Of a DNA stretch of 64,000 nt, positions 26,902 through 36,549 are shown one piece after another. This stretch comes from a virus. Under the pieces are notes generated by a model. It worked only from the letters and a program-made list of their open reading frames with translations, made no database searches and had not been told where the DNA came from. The stretch spans positions 1 to 64,000 of the IMG/VR virus record IMGVR_UViG_3300009514_000374; one strand, written 5' to 3'. Each line of letters starts with the position of its first letter. Position 1 is the stretch's first letter. Made by a program: the position numbers and the translations under genes.

Positions 26902-27630
26902 ATGGCCTTGCGGAATGACCTGATCCGATTGGCCCACGCCAATCCTGAGCTTCGCGCGAAGCTGTTGCCCTTGTTGTCCGAGCCTCGGACTGCACGGATT
27001 GCTCCGCGCGACCCCATGAGCCCGGTGACGGAGCCCAACGAGTTGAGCATGGCCGAGTCGCGGCTCCGCCTCAACGTGCTCTACGACATCGCCAACAAAG
27101 GGGACAAGCGGACCAAGCGCTTCATGGACTCGCTTGCCGAGGTTTTGCGGCAGGGAGAGCGTTTCACTGTCAAGCAGTTGGACACGCTCAACAAGGTGAT
27201 CAGGGAGAGTCGCGCCCCTTGGTTTGACATGCACAACAACCGGCAAGAGGCGTTGGCTCTGTTCAACCCTCGTGATCCGTTGATCAAGGCCAAGCTGCTC
27301 CGGCAAAAGGCGATGTGGTGGATGCGGAACGCGACGATCCGCCTGGCCTACGAGAACCCGGAGCTTCGCTCCCACCTTTTGCCGCTGCTCAAGCAGGCGG
27401 ATGGTGACCTCGACAAGCTGAAAGAAGCGGTCAAGGCCGCAGGCTCCTACATGAACGTCGGGCGTGAGCTAAAGAAGCTCGGGATCAAGTTTACCTCGAC
27501 GCTCGGTGAAGGGCCGATTCCGGCGCACTACGTTGCCACTCTTGGCGGCAAAAAGTACGGGATCATTAACAAGAAATACGCCGACGACCCTGATTTCGTC
27601 ATCGGCGAAATCGCCGTGGGAAAGCTGTGA
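26902..27630 (+). CDS. Tagged modular protein, two IRLAH tags
   Basis: LRNDLIRLAHANPELRAKLLPLL; MRNATIRLAYENPELRSHLLPLL. Confidence 0.8.
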   Translation: MALRNDLIRLAHANPELRAKLLPLLSEPRTARIAPRDPMSPVTEPNELSMAESRLRLNVLYDIANKGDKRTKRFMDSLAEVLRQGERFTVKQLDTLNKVIRESRAPWFDMHNNRQEALALFNPRDPLIKAKLLRQKAMWWMRNATIRLAYENPELRSHLLPLLKQADGDLDKLKEAVKAAGSYMNVGRELKKLGIKFTSTLGEGPIPAHYVATLGGKKYGIINKKYADDPDFVIGEIAVGKL

Positions 27631-28274
27631 ACCTCCGATCCAAATTGATCCGGCTGGCCCACGCCAACCCCGAGCTTCGGCCACACTTGTTGCCGATCGT
27701 AGCTCGATCCGCTTCCGTCGAGTTGAGTGACCTGGCGGCTCACTACCTCGACCAAGCTGCCTTCACGGGCAAGCTGCCCTTTGGGGCCAAGGAGAACGCC
27801 GTCGCGGAATTGGTCGAAGCCGGGTACGTGAAGGAGAACCCACGCCAGCATTGGGCTGGCCGTGATTTCCTGATCACCCCTGCCGGGCGCAGCGCCGCAA
27901 GGGCCAATCGCTCGATGGGCAGGACCGCGATCGGTTGGAAGAGTCTGCCGAAAGGGTGGACACAGGACTCGGTGGAGAAATTCTGGTCCTCGTTGACCGG
28001 CGACGTGAAGCACAAGGTTACCAAGTGCATCAAACGCATGGAGGACAAGATGGACGACCCAGGGGCCTTCTGTGCGAGTCTCGCCGATCAGGTCGAGGGC
28101 TCAACCGACTGGCGCAAGGGGCCTCGCAAAAAGAAGCAGGCTGACGACGGCTCGTGGATGTCCATTGAACAGGTCAAGGCTGTGTGTCCGTCGTGTGCTG
28201 TTCGCATGGCCTCGTTGGGCATGAAACGGATCAAGACAGCCGTGTTCGTGGCGGCGATGGAGCGCGCGGGATGA
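27627..28274 (+). CDS. Tagged modular protein
   Basis: LRSKLIRLAHANPELRPHLLPIV; small modules incl. DPGAFCASL and CPSC. Confidence 0.8.
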   Translation: MNLRSKLIRLAHANPELRPHLLPIVARSASVELSDLAAHYLDQAAFTGKLPFGAKENAVAELVEAGYVKENPRQHWAGRDFLITPAGRSAARANRSMGRTAIGWKSLPKGWTQDSVEKFWSSLTGDVKHKVTKCIKRMEDKMDDPGAFCASLADQVEGSTDWRKGPRKKKQADDGSWMSIEQVKAVCPSCAVRMASLGMKRIKTAVFVAAMERAG

Positions 28275-31200
28275 AGCGGGGCGGGTCGAAGCCCGGTCTT
28301 TCGGGCATAGGTGGTTTGGAGCTTGGCCTTGCCGGGATGGCGGGCGAGGGCGAGAGATTCATGCGCGAGCAGGCTGACGAGGCCATGTACGCAGAGCTAC
28401 AGACCCGCGAGGCTAAGGAATTCACGCCCGAGCAGTGGAAGCGCCACAAGGAGCAACACCCCGGCGCCAAGCGTGAGGACCACACGATCAAGCGCCCGGA
28501 GGGCAAGGGTACAAAGGACAAGCCGAAGCCGAAGCCTTCGCGGTCCAAGAGTGACGAGAAGGCGCAGAGCCGGCTCAAGAAGCGCAAGGAAAAAGAGCCG
28601 CCTCCCGCGAAGGTCGAGGATCTTCCCGAGGACGACGCCAAGAAACTCAAAGAACGCTACAGGCTTGAGATCGTCGGCGACGACGCACACAAGGCCGCTG
28701 AGATTCGCAAGAAGGTGGTCGAGGGGATCCAGATGGCGGCCGACCTGTGTAAGCAAAAGCCGCCCGTGTGCGAAGGGAACAAGGGAATCCCTCGGCACGA
28801 AATGCCGCAGATTGAGAACAAGACGATTGCGGAGATGCTCAAGGGACATCCCGGCGACCAGGCAAAGGCCAAGGCTGCCATCGCAGCGGGGGCCGACCCG
28901 GACGACGATCGGTCTATCCTCGATCAATTCGTGGACCGTCTGAAAAAGGCCGGCATCGACCACCACGACACGGAAATTCCAGTCGGAAAGCTGATGGCGA
29001 CGCAGCGGGAGTTGATCACGGACACTGTGTACGGGATCGCGGACGTGCATCTCCGGGGCAAATTCGACGCCTCCAAGGGCATCGTCGTTTCACGGGACGG
29101 CTACATTCTCGACGGACACCATCGGTGGGCTGCACTGCTCACCATCGATCCTGATCGCAAAATGGAAGCGACGGTGATCGACATGGACATGGACGACCTT
29201 TTGGCAGAGGCGCACGCACAGCCGGGCTCGTTCCTGCAAGGCATGGACGACAAGCCGCTGCCCGCCGAGAAGCAAAAGGAACACAAGAAAAAGCGCAAAA
29301 GCAAGCTCCCGAGCAAAGCCAACCCCAAGGGCAAGCCCGGCAAGCCGGAGAAAAAGGCTCACATGGACTCCCTTCGATCACAGGTCATTCGTCTCGCTCA
29401 CGCTAAGCCTGAGCTTCGTTCCAAGTTGCTGCCGCTGCTCAAAGAGGGGAAGGAGTGGCCCTCGGAGGAAGCTCGCAAAAAGTACCTCCAAGAGCATCCC
29501 AAGGCCGACCCCAAGCGCCACACGGTTCGGAGCGAGCAGCCTGGCAAGCCCAAAAAGGATGACGAGGCCGAAGCAAAGCCCAAGGTTGAGGACGAGGCGA
29601 AGGCCAAGCCTTCCAAGGGCAAGCCCGCGCCTTCCAAGGGTGACGCGGACGCGGAGAAGCGCCTCAAGCAGCGCGAGGAAGGCCATAAGCCACAAGACCC
29701 TGACCTCAAGGACTACGAGCCTCCGAGCGAGAACCCTCCCACAAAGCTCAAACCAGAGCACCTGGCCGAGATCAAGGAGTACAAACTCGACATCGTTGGC
29801 GACGACGCGGTGGCGGCTGTCGAGATCAAGCGGCGCGCCAAGGAATTCGCTGAAAAGCTCAAAAAGGGAATCAAGGAGTCGGCGGACATCTGCAAGGTGA
29901 ACCCGCCTGTGTGCGAGGGGAACATGGGCCTCACGCGCGACAAGATGCCCCAGATCACCGACGACTCCGTGCAAGACATGCTCGGAGCGATGGGCGACGA
30001 CGAGTACAAAGCCCTGGCGAAGCAGGTCGAGAAAAGTGGCCTGAAATCGATCGAGGACGCGGGGGCGCGCAAGCGGTTCCTCAAGCGGGCCAAGGGCGAG
30101 GCAGCCCTCCAGGCAGGAGCGGACCCCGACGATAAGCGCCCCGTGTTCGATCAATTTCTGGACGGGCTTGGCAAATCGGGAGTCAAGACAAAAGAGGAAA
30201 CGATCCCGGTCGGCAAGCTCAAGGCCACACAGTCGGAGATCGAAGCCGAGAAGGCGATCGGCATGGCTGATTCACACCTGGCAGGGAAATTCCCGACCAT
30301 CGACGCCTCTGTTGTTGTGTCTCGTGATGGACACATTCTCGACGGACACCATCGTTGGGCCGCCATTATGACCATCGACCCTGCTCGGGAGATGAAGGTC
30401 AAAGTGATCGACATGGACATGAAGGATCTGCTTCACGAGGCAGCATCCTTCCCTGGCGTGTTCCAGGCCGCTCTCGACTCGATGCCGCTGCCCGAGGGCA
30501 AGCAGAAGGAGTACAAGGGCAAGCACACGTCGAAGGTGATGGGGGGCGGCAAGGGTAAGAAGGCGGACGAACAAATCATCCGAGCCCACCTTGTACGGGT
30601 CGCCTACGAGAACCCTGAGCTTCGTCCGAAGCTACTCCCGCTTCTTAGGGAAGCCTTGGAGCATCCAAACGAGCAAGCCCGAAAAGAGTATCTCCGGCAA
30701 CACGAAAATGCTGACCCGAAGAACCATACGGTTCGGCGACCAAAAGGCTTGGGAAAAGTTAAGGAGTTGTTCAAGGGCGACAAAAAGCGTCGGCAGGAGC
30801 ACGAGCACTACGATCTTGAGAAGCGTAAGGAGGGTTGGCGGGACCGCAGGAAAAAAATGGACAAGATCTGGAGTACCCAGGTCGATTCCCTGCCCGCAGC
30901 GGCGCGGGCTGTGGTTGAAAGCTACCGGATGAAAGAGTGGCCGCTCATGCCTGGCTTGGGTTCGGATCCCGATCTCAGGAAACACCAGGACGAGATTGTG
31001 AGCAAGGAGCAGCATGAAAAGATCCGTAACCGGCAAGAAAAAGCCGAGGCGGAAGCCAAAAAGCTGTCTCCCGAAGCGCGTTTGAAAACGCTCCAAGAAG
31101 CATTGAGCGAAGCCAAAAAGGAACACGAAAAGCGTCGGAAGGAGAATTCCTCGTCGTTGGCGACGGCCTCTGCTTCCAAAATTCAGTGGATCCTGGCAAG

Positions 31201-31900
31201 GGAAATCAAGGCGCTTGAAGGCAAGGGTAAGAAGGCCGACAATCAGATCATCCGAGCCCACCTTGTTCGGGTCGCCTACGAGAACCCTGAGCTTCGCCCG
31301 AAGCTACTCCCGCTTCTCAAAGAGAGCTACGGCGGATTGCCGCGCTCGGCTTACTTGCCGCGCCATTTGGAAGGGGTGGACCCTGACGTGCCCACAGGTA
31401 CCGATCTGGCGATCTGGCAGTGGGAGGAAAACGGCAAGCTCTACGCGATTGCATTCCAAGGCCGAGCCAAGAAGCCCTTGTGGAATTACAGGTTCCGTAA
31501 CGAGGGAGATCGTCAGCGGCGGATCCAAGAAACGATCGAGGTTCGTCGGAAATGGATCAAAGCCAAAGCCGAGGAACGACGCAAGCGCAAGGAATACAAG
31601 CACGACTACGTGGTGGGCGACGTGTTGTACTCGTCATGGGGCTACGACCAGACCAACATCAATTTCTACGAGGTCGTCGCAACAAAGGGCAAGCAGGTTG
31701 TGGTCCGCGAGATCGGTAAGAAGGTCGTCCGTGAGGAACGTGGGGCGGACTACGTGGCAGCGGTGCCCGGCCGCTACACCGGGCCTGAGCTTCGCCGTCG
31801 TCCGTCGATGGGTGGCAGTATCAAGATCAACACCGTACAGCGGGCCTCCAAGTGGGACGGCAAGCCCAAGTACCAGACTGCATTTGGGTGGGGCCACTAG
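28271..31900 (+). CDS. Large polyvalent-type protein: two ParB/Srx-like domains, three IRLAH tags, C-terminal SWGYDQTN domain
   Basis: IPVGKL.ATQ..VVSRDG.ILDGHHRWAA twice; SSWGYDQTNINFYEV; start placed at ATGA overlap. Confidence 0.85.
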   Translation: MKRGGSKPGLSGIGGLELGLAGMAGEGERFMREQADEAMYAELQTREAKEFTPEQWKRHKEQHPGAKREDHTIKRPEGKGTKDKPKPKPSRSKSDEKAQSRLKKRKEKEPPPAKVEDLPEDDAKKLKERYRLEIVGDDAHKAAEIRKKVVEGIQMAADLCKQKPPVCEGNKGIPRHEMPQIENKTIAEMLKGHPGDQAKAKAAIAAGADPDDDRSILDQFVDRLKKAGIDHHDTEIPVGKLMATQRELITDTVYGIADVHLRGKFDASKGIVVSRDGYILDGHHRWAALLTIDPDRKMEATVIDMDMDDLLAEAHAQPGSFLQGMDDKPLPAEKQKEHKKKRKSKLPSKANPKGKPGKPEKKAHMDSLRSQVIRLAHAKPELRSKLLPLLKEGKEWPSEEARKKYLQEHPKADPKRHTVRSEQPGKPKKDDEAEAKPKVEDEAKAKPSKGKPAPSKGDADAEKRLKQREEGHKPQDPDLKDYEPPSENPPTKLKPEHLAEIKEYKLDIVGDDAVAAVEIKRRAKEFAEKLKKGIKESADICKVNPPVCEGNMGLTRDKMPQITDDSVQDMLGAMGDDEYKALAKQVEKSGLKSIEDAGARKRFLKRAKGEAALQAGADPDDKRPVFDQFLDGLGKSGVKTKEETIPVGKLKATQSEIEAEKAIGMADSHLAGKFPTIDASVVVSRDGHILDGHHRWAAIMTIDPAREMKVKVIDMDMKDLLHEAASFPGVFQAALDSMPLPEGKQKEYKGKHTSKVMGGGKGKKADEQIIRAHLVRVAYENPELRPKLLPLLREALEHPNEQARKEYLRQHENADPKNHTVRRPKGLGKVKELFKGDKKRRQEHEHYDLEKRKEGWRDRRKKMDKIWSTQVDSLPAAARAVVESYRMKEWPLMPGLGSDPDLRKHQDEIVSKEQHEKIRNRQEKAEAEAKKLSPEARLKTLQEALSEAKKEHEKRRKENSSSLATASASKIQWILAREIKALEGKGKKADNQIIRAHLVRVAYENPELRPKLLPLLKESYGGLPRSAYLPRHLEGVDPDVPTGTDLAIWQWEENGKLYAIAFQGRAKKPLWNYRFRNEGDRQRRIQETIEVRRKWIKAKAEERRKRKEYKHDYVVGDVLYSSWGYDQTNINFYEVVATKGKQVVVREIGKKVVREERGADYVAAVPGRYTGPELRRRPSMGGSIKINTVQRASKWDGKPKYQTAFGWGH
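30548..31317 (+). repeat. 98-nt direct repeat (30548-30645, 31220-31317) encoding the tag
   Basis: 92 of 98 nt identical by manual alignment. Confidence 0.9.
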
Positions 31901-31909
31901 GACAGTGCT

Positions 31910-32884
31910 GTGCGCCTCTACCATTTCACGAGCACGTTCCATCTCCAGTCGATCCTAGATCGCGGGATTTCCCGAGGGGATGTGCCCACGTCCCCTGGCG
32001 GTGGTTTCAACGCGCCGTGGCTCACGAAAAACAAGAACCCGCGAGGTCAAGCATGGGCCGGGGGCTCGTTCAAGACAGCGGTGCGTATCACCGTTGAGAT
32101 CCCCAACAGCGACCCCAAGCTCAAGCACTGGCCTGAGCTTGCAGCCGAAAAGAACGTCTCGGACTCGTGGTTCCTGGCGCTCGACAAGGCGGGTGGCGGT
32201 GGCTCGGACGACTGGTACATCTACATGGGCTCGATCCCCGTGAGCCGGATCAAAGAGGTCGAGGTCAACGGAAAGACGGTGAAGGTCGGGAAAGCGGTGG
32301 GCTTCCATGGATGGAAGATGTCACCAGAGTCGATGCGCTTGCCCGGCCCACAATTCACCGACAAGAAACCGATCCCGGCCGAGGACATCGAGGAAGCCGT
32401 TGAGTATCTGGACGAGGTAAAGCCCGGTGTGCTCGTCGGCTACAGTCGCGGCGGTGCCATCACCATGCTCGCGCTACGCAAGCACCGGGGCGCCAAACCC
32501 AAGGTGATCTACGTGGCGCCGGCTTGGCTCCGAGGGTGGGCTCATGCTCAGCCACCGCACACCCAAGGCGTGATCCTCCACGGGGACAAGGACAAGCACG
32601 TTCCCCTGGAGCACTCCTGTGAGCTTGCCAAGGACACGGGGATGCCGCTTCGCGTCGTGGAGGACAGGAACCACATCACGATCCTCAAGGACAAGCTCAA
32701 CCCGAATGCAGGCAAGCCCGTGCCGCGCTCGATGTTGGACGACTGTGTGAACAAGTTGCCTGATTGGGGCACGAGCGGCGTGGGCACCCCTGAGCAGGTG
32801 AAGCAGCAACAGGAATTCGCAGACCGCCTTGGGATGGCGGTCAAAGTAGCCGCCCGCTATCTCAACGGGGGCTCTCGCCGGTAG
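31910..32884 (+). CDS. ART-like N-terminal domain fused to alpha/beta hydrolase, C-terminal KVAARYL tag
   Basis: LYHFTS..SILDRGI..WLT; GYSRGG, HGDKDKHVP, NH triad. Confidence 0.7.
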   Translation: MRLYHFTSTFHLQSILDRGISRGDVPTSPGGGFNAPWLTKNKNPRGQAWAGGSFKTAVRITVEIPNSDPKLKHWPELAAEKNVSDSWFLALDKAGGGGSDDWYIYMGSIPVSRIKEVEVNGKTVKVGKAVGFHGWKMSPESMRLPGPQFTDKKPIPAEDIEEAVEYLDEVKPGVLVGYSRGGAITMLALRKHRGAKPKVIYVAPAWLRGWAHAQPPHTQGVILHGDKDKHVPLEHSCELAKDTGMPLRVVEDRNHITILKDKLNPNAGKPVPRSMLDDCVNKLPDWGTSGVGTPEQVKQQQEFADRLGMAVKVAARYLNGGSRR

Positions 32885-32939
32885 GTACCGATTGGCGGGT
32901 CGATGGCGATACTCCGAACCTTCCCCGTGAACGCGGAGC

Positions 32940-33431
32940 GTGCGGGTGAAAGGCCCGCCCATCTCGGTACAGTGGTGCATGGGCATTGTGGCTCCCCGAA
33001 AGCCGTGGGCGAAAGGCGCTCACGGGAATTACTCGTGCTTCACCATCGAGGTAATGGTCGTCCGCGACGCCCAAGGCGACGTGTGGAGCCAACACGACTT
33101 ACAATCGGATCAGGATCGGGAGGTTGCTGGAGCGATGCCAAGCGGAGGCATCGAACAGGCGGCACATGCGCTATTGTGCGAGTCGATCAAGCGCGAGGCG
33201 CTGCTCGACATCCTGATCAAGATGTCCAACGATCCTGTATTCCGCGAGGAAATTCGGGACGAGAGCCCGGAAACGGTGAAACGCCTCTCGGATGGCGTAG
33301 TAAATGCTATCCTCGGGACATTCCAGCAAGCGGTGGTGAAATTGGGGCCGGAAGCGGCGCGAGGGGCGCTCGACCTAATTCGCCAGGAGATGAATGAGCA
33401 AGAAACGAAACCCGGACCCGACGATGTTTGA
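32940..33431 (+). CDS. Hypothetical protein
   Basis: ORF; start uncertain. Confidence 0.55.
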   Translation: MRVKGPPISVQWCMGIVAPRKPWAKGAHGNYSCFTIEVMVVRDAQGDVWSQHDLQSDQDREVAGAMPSGGIEQAAHALLCESIKREALLDILIKMSNDPVFREEIRDESPETVKRLSDGVVNAILGTFQQAVVKLGPEAARGALDLIRQEMNEQETKPGPDDV

Positions 33432-33630
33432 GCGGAACGCACAGGCCATGAAGCCCGTTCTGGAGCGTCGGCACGCCGCGAGCCAGCGAGCTATCCTACT
33501 GCGGCTCCAAGCCGCTCTGGAGGCCGGTGAGGACGTTGAGGCGGCTGTCACGGAGGCTGCGTCGGACGTGTACTGGCAAGGCGTGAAGGACGGGCTCGAT
33601 TTGACCCTCCCGAACCCCGACGCGGCCTGA
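33394..33630 (+). CDS. Hypothetical protein
   Basis: AGGAG RBS. Confidence 0.55.
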   Translation: MSKKRNPDPTMFERNAQAMKPVLERRHAASQRAILLRLQAALEAGEDVEAAVTEAASDVYWQGVKDGLDLTLPNPDAA

Positions 33631-33686
33631 TTCGCCCACGTTTTTCGGCCTATGCGCCCCCTAGGAATAGGGAGTCCTACGCGCGC

Positions 33687-34544
33687 GTGCCGATTGATTG
33701 GGATACTCAGCCCCTCGGGCAAATGACCGACGCTTCTTTGGCGGACAGGATTGGTGTGTCCTCTGGAGTGGTTCAGTACCAGCGCGCGAAACGCAAGATC
33801 CGACCTTTTCATCCGAATCGATCGATCAAAGGGATCCAATGGGACGACCAACCGCTAGGGCAGGTTAGCGATTCGGATCTTGCCCGCCAACTTGGAGTCG
33901 CCCCTGCCGTGGTGTGTAACGCCCGAAAAAGAAGAGGGATTGTAGCACTCACTCCCCGTTGTGCAGAGGTCGATTGGCGTACCCTTCCCCTCGGTGATTT
34001 TCCCGATCAAGCGATTGCGTCTTTGATCGGTGTGTCGCAGCCGACCGTCACCCGCCATCGTAATCGGCTTGGAATTGCTCCTTGTAAGCATCCGTTTCTG
34101 ACAAAAGAAGGGCGCGCTGCCAATTACCCCGAAGCCCTAATTGATCTGTACTGGCACGAGAGGAATATCGAGCACGAATTCCAGGTCCCGATCGGCCAGT
34201 ACATCGCTGATTGGGTTTTGGAAGGCAGACAAGTCGTAGAGTATGCTGGATTTTCGGCGAGCCCTCGATGGGGCAAGGCTTATCGGGCTCGTTTGCGTGA
34301 AAAGGTTGGCTTTTATACCTCAGAGGGGTGGGAGGTCCGTGTGATCTGGCCCCAAGATCTCAAAGAATACGATCTCGGTTTTCGACCCAAACCTTGTCGG
34401 GATCTGAGGTCCAATGGGGTTGTCTGGTCGGAGCAGCCTTTGGGGCAGATGCTTGACACCGCCCTGGCAAAACACCTTGGCGTGACTCAATCCACGGTTA
34501 CACGATGGCGGCAAAAGCTCGGCATCCCAAGATACCATGCGTAA
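33687..34544 (+). CDS. Homing-endonuclease-like protein: four HTH repeats plus PD-(D/E)xK/Vsr-like domain
   Basis: W..QPLG..D..LA..LGV repeat x4; YIADW..VVEYAG..GWEVRVIW; visibly lower GC than neighbours. Confidence 0.7.
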   Translation: MPIDWDTQPLGQMTDASLADRIGVSSGVVQYQRAKRKIRPFHPNRSIKGIQWDDQPLGQVSDSDLARQLGVAPAVVCNARKRRGIVALTPRCAEVDWRTLPLGDFPDQAIASLIGVSQPTVTRHRNRLGIAPCKHPFLTKEGRAANYPEALIDLYWHERNIEHEFQVPIGQYIADWVLEGRQVVEYAGFSASPRWGKAYRARLREKVGFYTSEGWEVRVIWPQDLKEYDLGFRPKPCRDLRSNGVVWSEQPLGQMLDTALAKHLGVTQSTVTRWRQKLGIPRYHA

Positions 34545-35139
34545 AGCAGCTAAAGCCGATTTGGTGCCACAGAGGCAACCTTCCCAATTTTCGTGCATGA
34601 CAACATCCATGCAGATGTGTCTGCTCGCGCTCGGAATTCCTGCCGCAGAAGCGACGTATGAATTGGTCAACAAGGTCATGGGCGCCAAGCCGATGAATGG
34701 CGCGACGTGGGAGGATGCCGCCGCATGTGCTCAGCACTACGGGTGCCGTGCCACGTTGGTCGTACCCTCGACCATTCGTCAGATGAAGGAGTGGACTGAC
34801 GCCGGGACGCCCGTGATGATCGCGTGGAACCCCGAGGGCCGCGACTGGTCGCACGCCTCCGTCGTGTTCCACGTTGACGACGACCTCACCGTTCACGTCG
34901 CCGACCCGAATATCCCAGACCCCGACGAGACCGTGCGGGTCGTACCCAAAAGCGAATTCTATTCCAAGTGGTCCGAAAAATGGCCTCGCTACCTTGTGCG
35001 TCGCCCGGCGATGGCGATCGAGCGCGAGATCAGTGATGGCAAACAGGTCATGGCAAGCATGGCCCGTACCGCTTCGACCCGTTCCGTGGGGGCCACGATC
35101 GTAGCTGCCCGCTTCCGAGCCAGACAGGAGAAACCATGA
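34537..35139 (+). CDS. C39-like papain-fold peptidase with C-terminal VAARF tag
   Basis: Q...FSC, WSHASVV, VADPN, EFYSKW. Confidence 0.75.
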   Translation: MRKAAKADLVPQRQPSQFSCMTTSMQMCLLALGIPAAEATYELVNKVMGAKPMNGATWEDAAACAQHYGCRATLVVPSTIRQMKEWTDAGTPVMIAWNPEGRDWSHASVVFHVDDDLTVHVADPNIPDPDETVRVVPKSEFYSKWSEKWPRYLVRRPAMAIEREISDGKQVMASMARTASTRSVGATIVAARFRARQEKP

Positions 35140-36545
35140 GCCGTTCCCGCCTTACCGATCCTAGCCGCATCGAGAACAAGTGGGGTCAGACCCTTGGCAA
35201 GAAGGCCGCCAGGGCTCCCTCGGGACTCTACGGGTATCCCAAATCGATCCAAGCCTCGTGCGAGGCCAGCGTTCGCAAGCTGCGGAAGGCCGCACTCAAG
35301 ATCGTCAAGGCCGCGTACCAGAAGGACGCCAAGGTCGCCGATTTCCTTGAGGTCCACGCCAAGCGAAACAAGAGCGTCCCGGCCAAGGTGCTGCTCGCCA
35401 CGCTCAACGAGGCTCGTCCTGTGTTCGGCAAGTTTGGCGTCGAGGGTGGCAAGACAGCGGCCCGAGGACGGTACGGGCTCTATGGCTACCCGGCCCGCAC
35501 CGCCAGCCTCGGTGTCCAGGCGTGTGCCCAATTCCGTGAGGCGGCGGGGCACATCGCTTCGGATCTTCACCGACGCAAGGCGGCTAAGTACGAGCGCATC
35601 ACCGGGTTTCTCCAGTCACACTGGAAACAAGGCAAGTGCGGCTACTCCCGCTTGCTCCACGCGAGCTACCCCGATGCCTCGATGCGGCTTGCATCTGGCG
35701 CCGAGAAACAATCGGGCCGTAAGCAAGCTGGCCCTGGCGCTGGCGTGGATGTGATCCTCTCGGGCGATAAGCGAGGGTATCGCTTGCCTGACCGCATTGA
35801 CTACGACGGCGACCTCAAGGTCACAGAGAAGGGGAAAGTGACGGGAAAAGCAACCTGTACGAACCTTTACATCGCCTCGTACTACGACAGCGCCTTCATT
35901 CGTAACCCCGGCACGATCGAGGTTGACGATTTGGGGGATGCTTTCACCGACGAGATGGAATACGTGTTCGGCCCGGAGGGGAAGCAAGGTAAGGTCAAGC
36001 TCACCGCTCAGGTCAGTGGCGTGGAGAATGCCATGCTGAGCGGTGGGTACGTCCGCAGCAATGCCCCCTCGCATTTCGATGTCAAAGGCGTCTTGCTGGT
36101 CGAGGTTGAGGATGAAGGCGGCTACGTCGGATCCTTTGAGGTACCTTTCGACGGCACCATGAACACAACGCCTGCGTTCAAAGAGGCGTGGGAAAGCCTG
36201 GACGACCCGGATTGGGACGAGCGTGACGAGGACGGGAACTTCATCGAGGAAGGCCCCGAAAAGCGCTTTGCTTCGGGACCACCTACGACGGTTGCTGGCT
36301 GGCTCGGAGAATCCAAGACGGCGGGGTCCTACCTCACCGTCGTCCCGGCCCACGGACGCGACTACAGCAGCAAGGCGGCCGTGATGAAGGATTGGGCCGA
36401 CAACATGGATTTCCTCGTCATGGATATGTCGTCCCCTTGGGACGGCAAGCCGATCAACAAGCAGGATGCCGACAACGCTGGCAACTTGCGCGCGATCAAC
36501 ATCCGCTACAACAAGCTGCGCAAGGTCGTAGTGATCAACCTCTAG
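35136..36545 (+). CDS. Modular phage protein with duplicated GLYGYP domain
   Basis: GLYGYP twice; modules separated by KTA/KQA/RFA; C-terminal PAHGRDYSSK module. Confidence 0.75.
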   Translation: MSRSRLTDPSRIENKWGQTLGKKAARAPSGLYGYPKSIQASCEASVRKLRKAALKIVKAAYQKDAKVADFLEVHAKRNKSVPAKVLLATLNEARPVFGKFGVEGGKTAARGRYGLYGYPARTASLGVQACAQFREAAGHIASDLHRRKAAKYERITGFLQSHWKQGKCGYSRLLHASYPDASMRLASGAEKQSGRKQAGPGAGVDVILSGDKRGYRLPDRIDYDGDLKVTEKGKVTGKATCTNLYIASYYDSAFIRNPGTIEVDDLGDAFTDEMEYVFGPEGKQGKVKLTAQVSGVENAMLSGGYVRSNAPSHFDVKGVLLVEVEDEGGYVGSFEVPFDGTMNTTPAFKEAWESLDDPDWDERDEDGNFIEEGPEKRFASGPPTTVAGWLGESKTAGSYLTVVPAHGRDYSSKAAVMKDWADNMDFLVMDMSSPWDGKPINKQDADNAGNLRAINIRYNKLRKVVVINL

Positions 36546-36549
36546 TCCG

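Noticed and set aside
30548-31317. Diversity-generating retroelement TR/VR pair
   Set aside because: Mismatches are not confined to adenines, both copies are coding, and there is no reverse transcriptase in the window.
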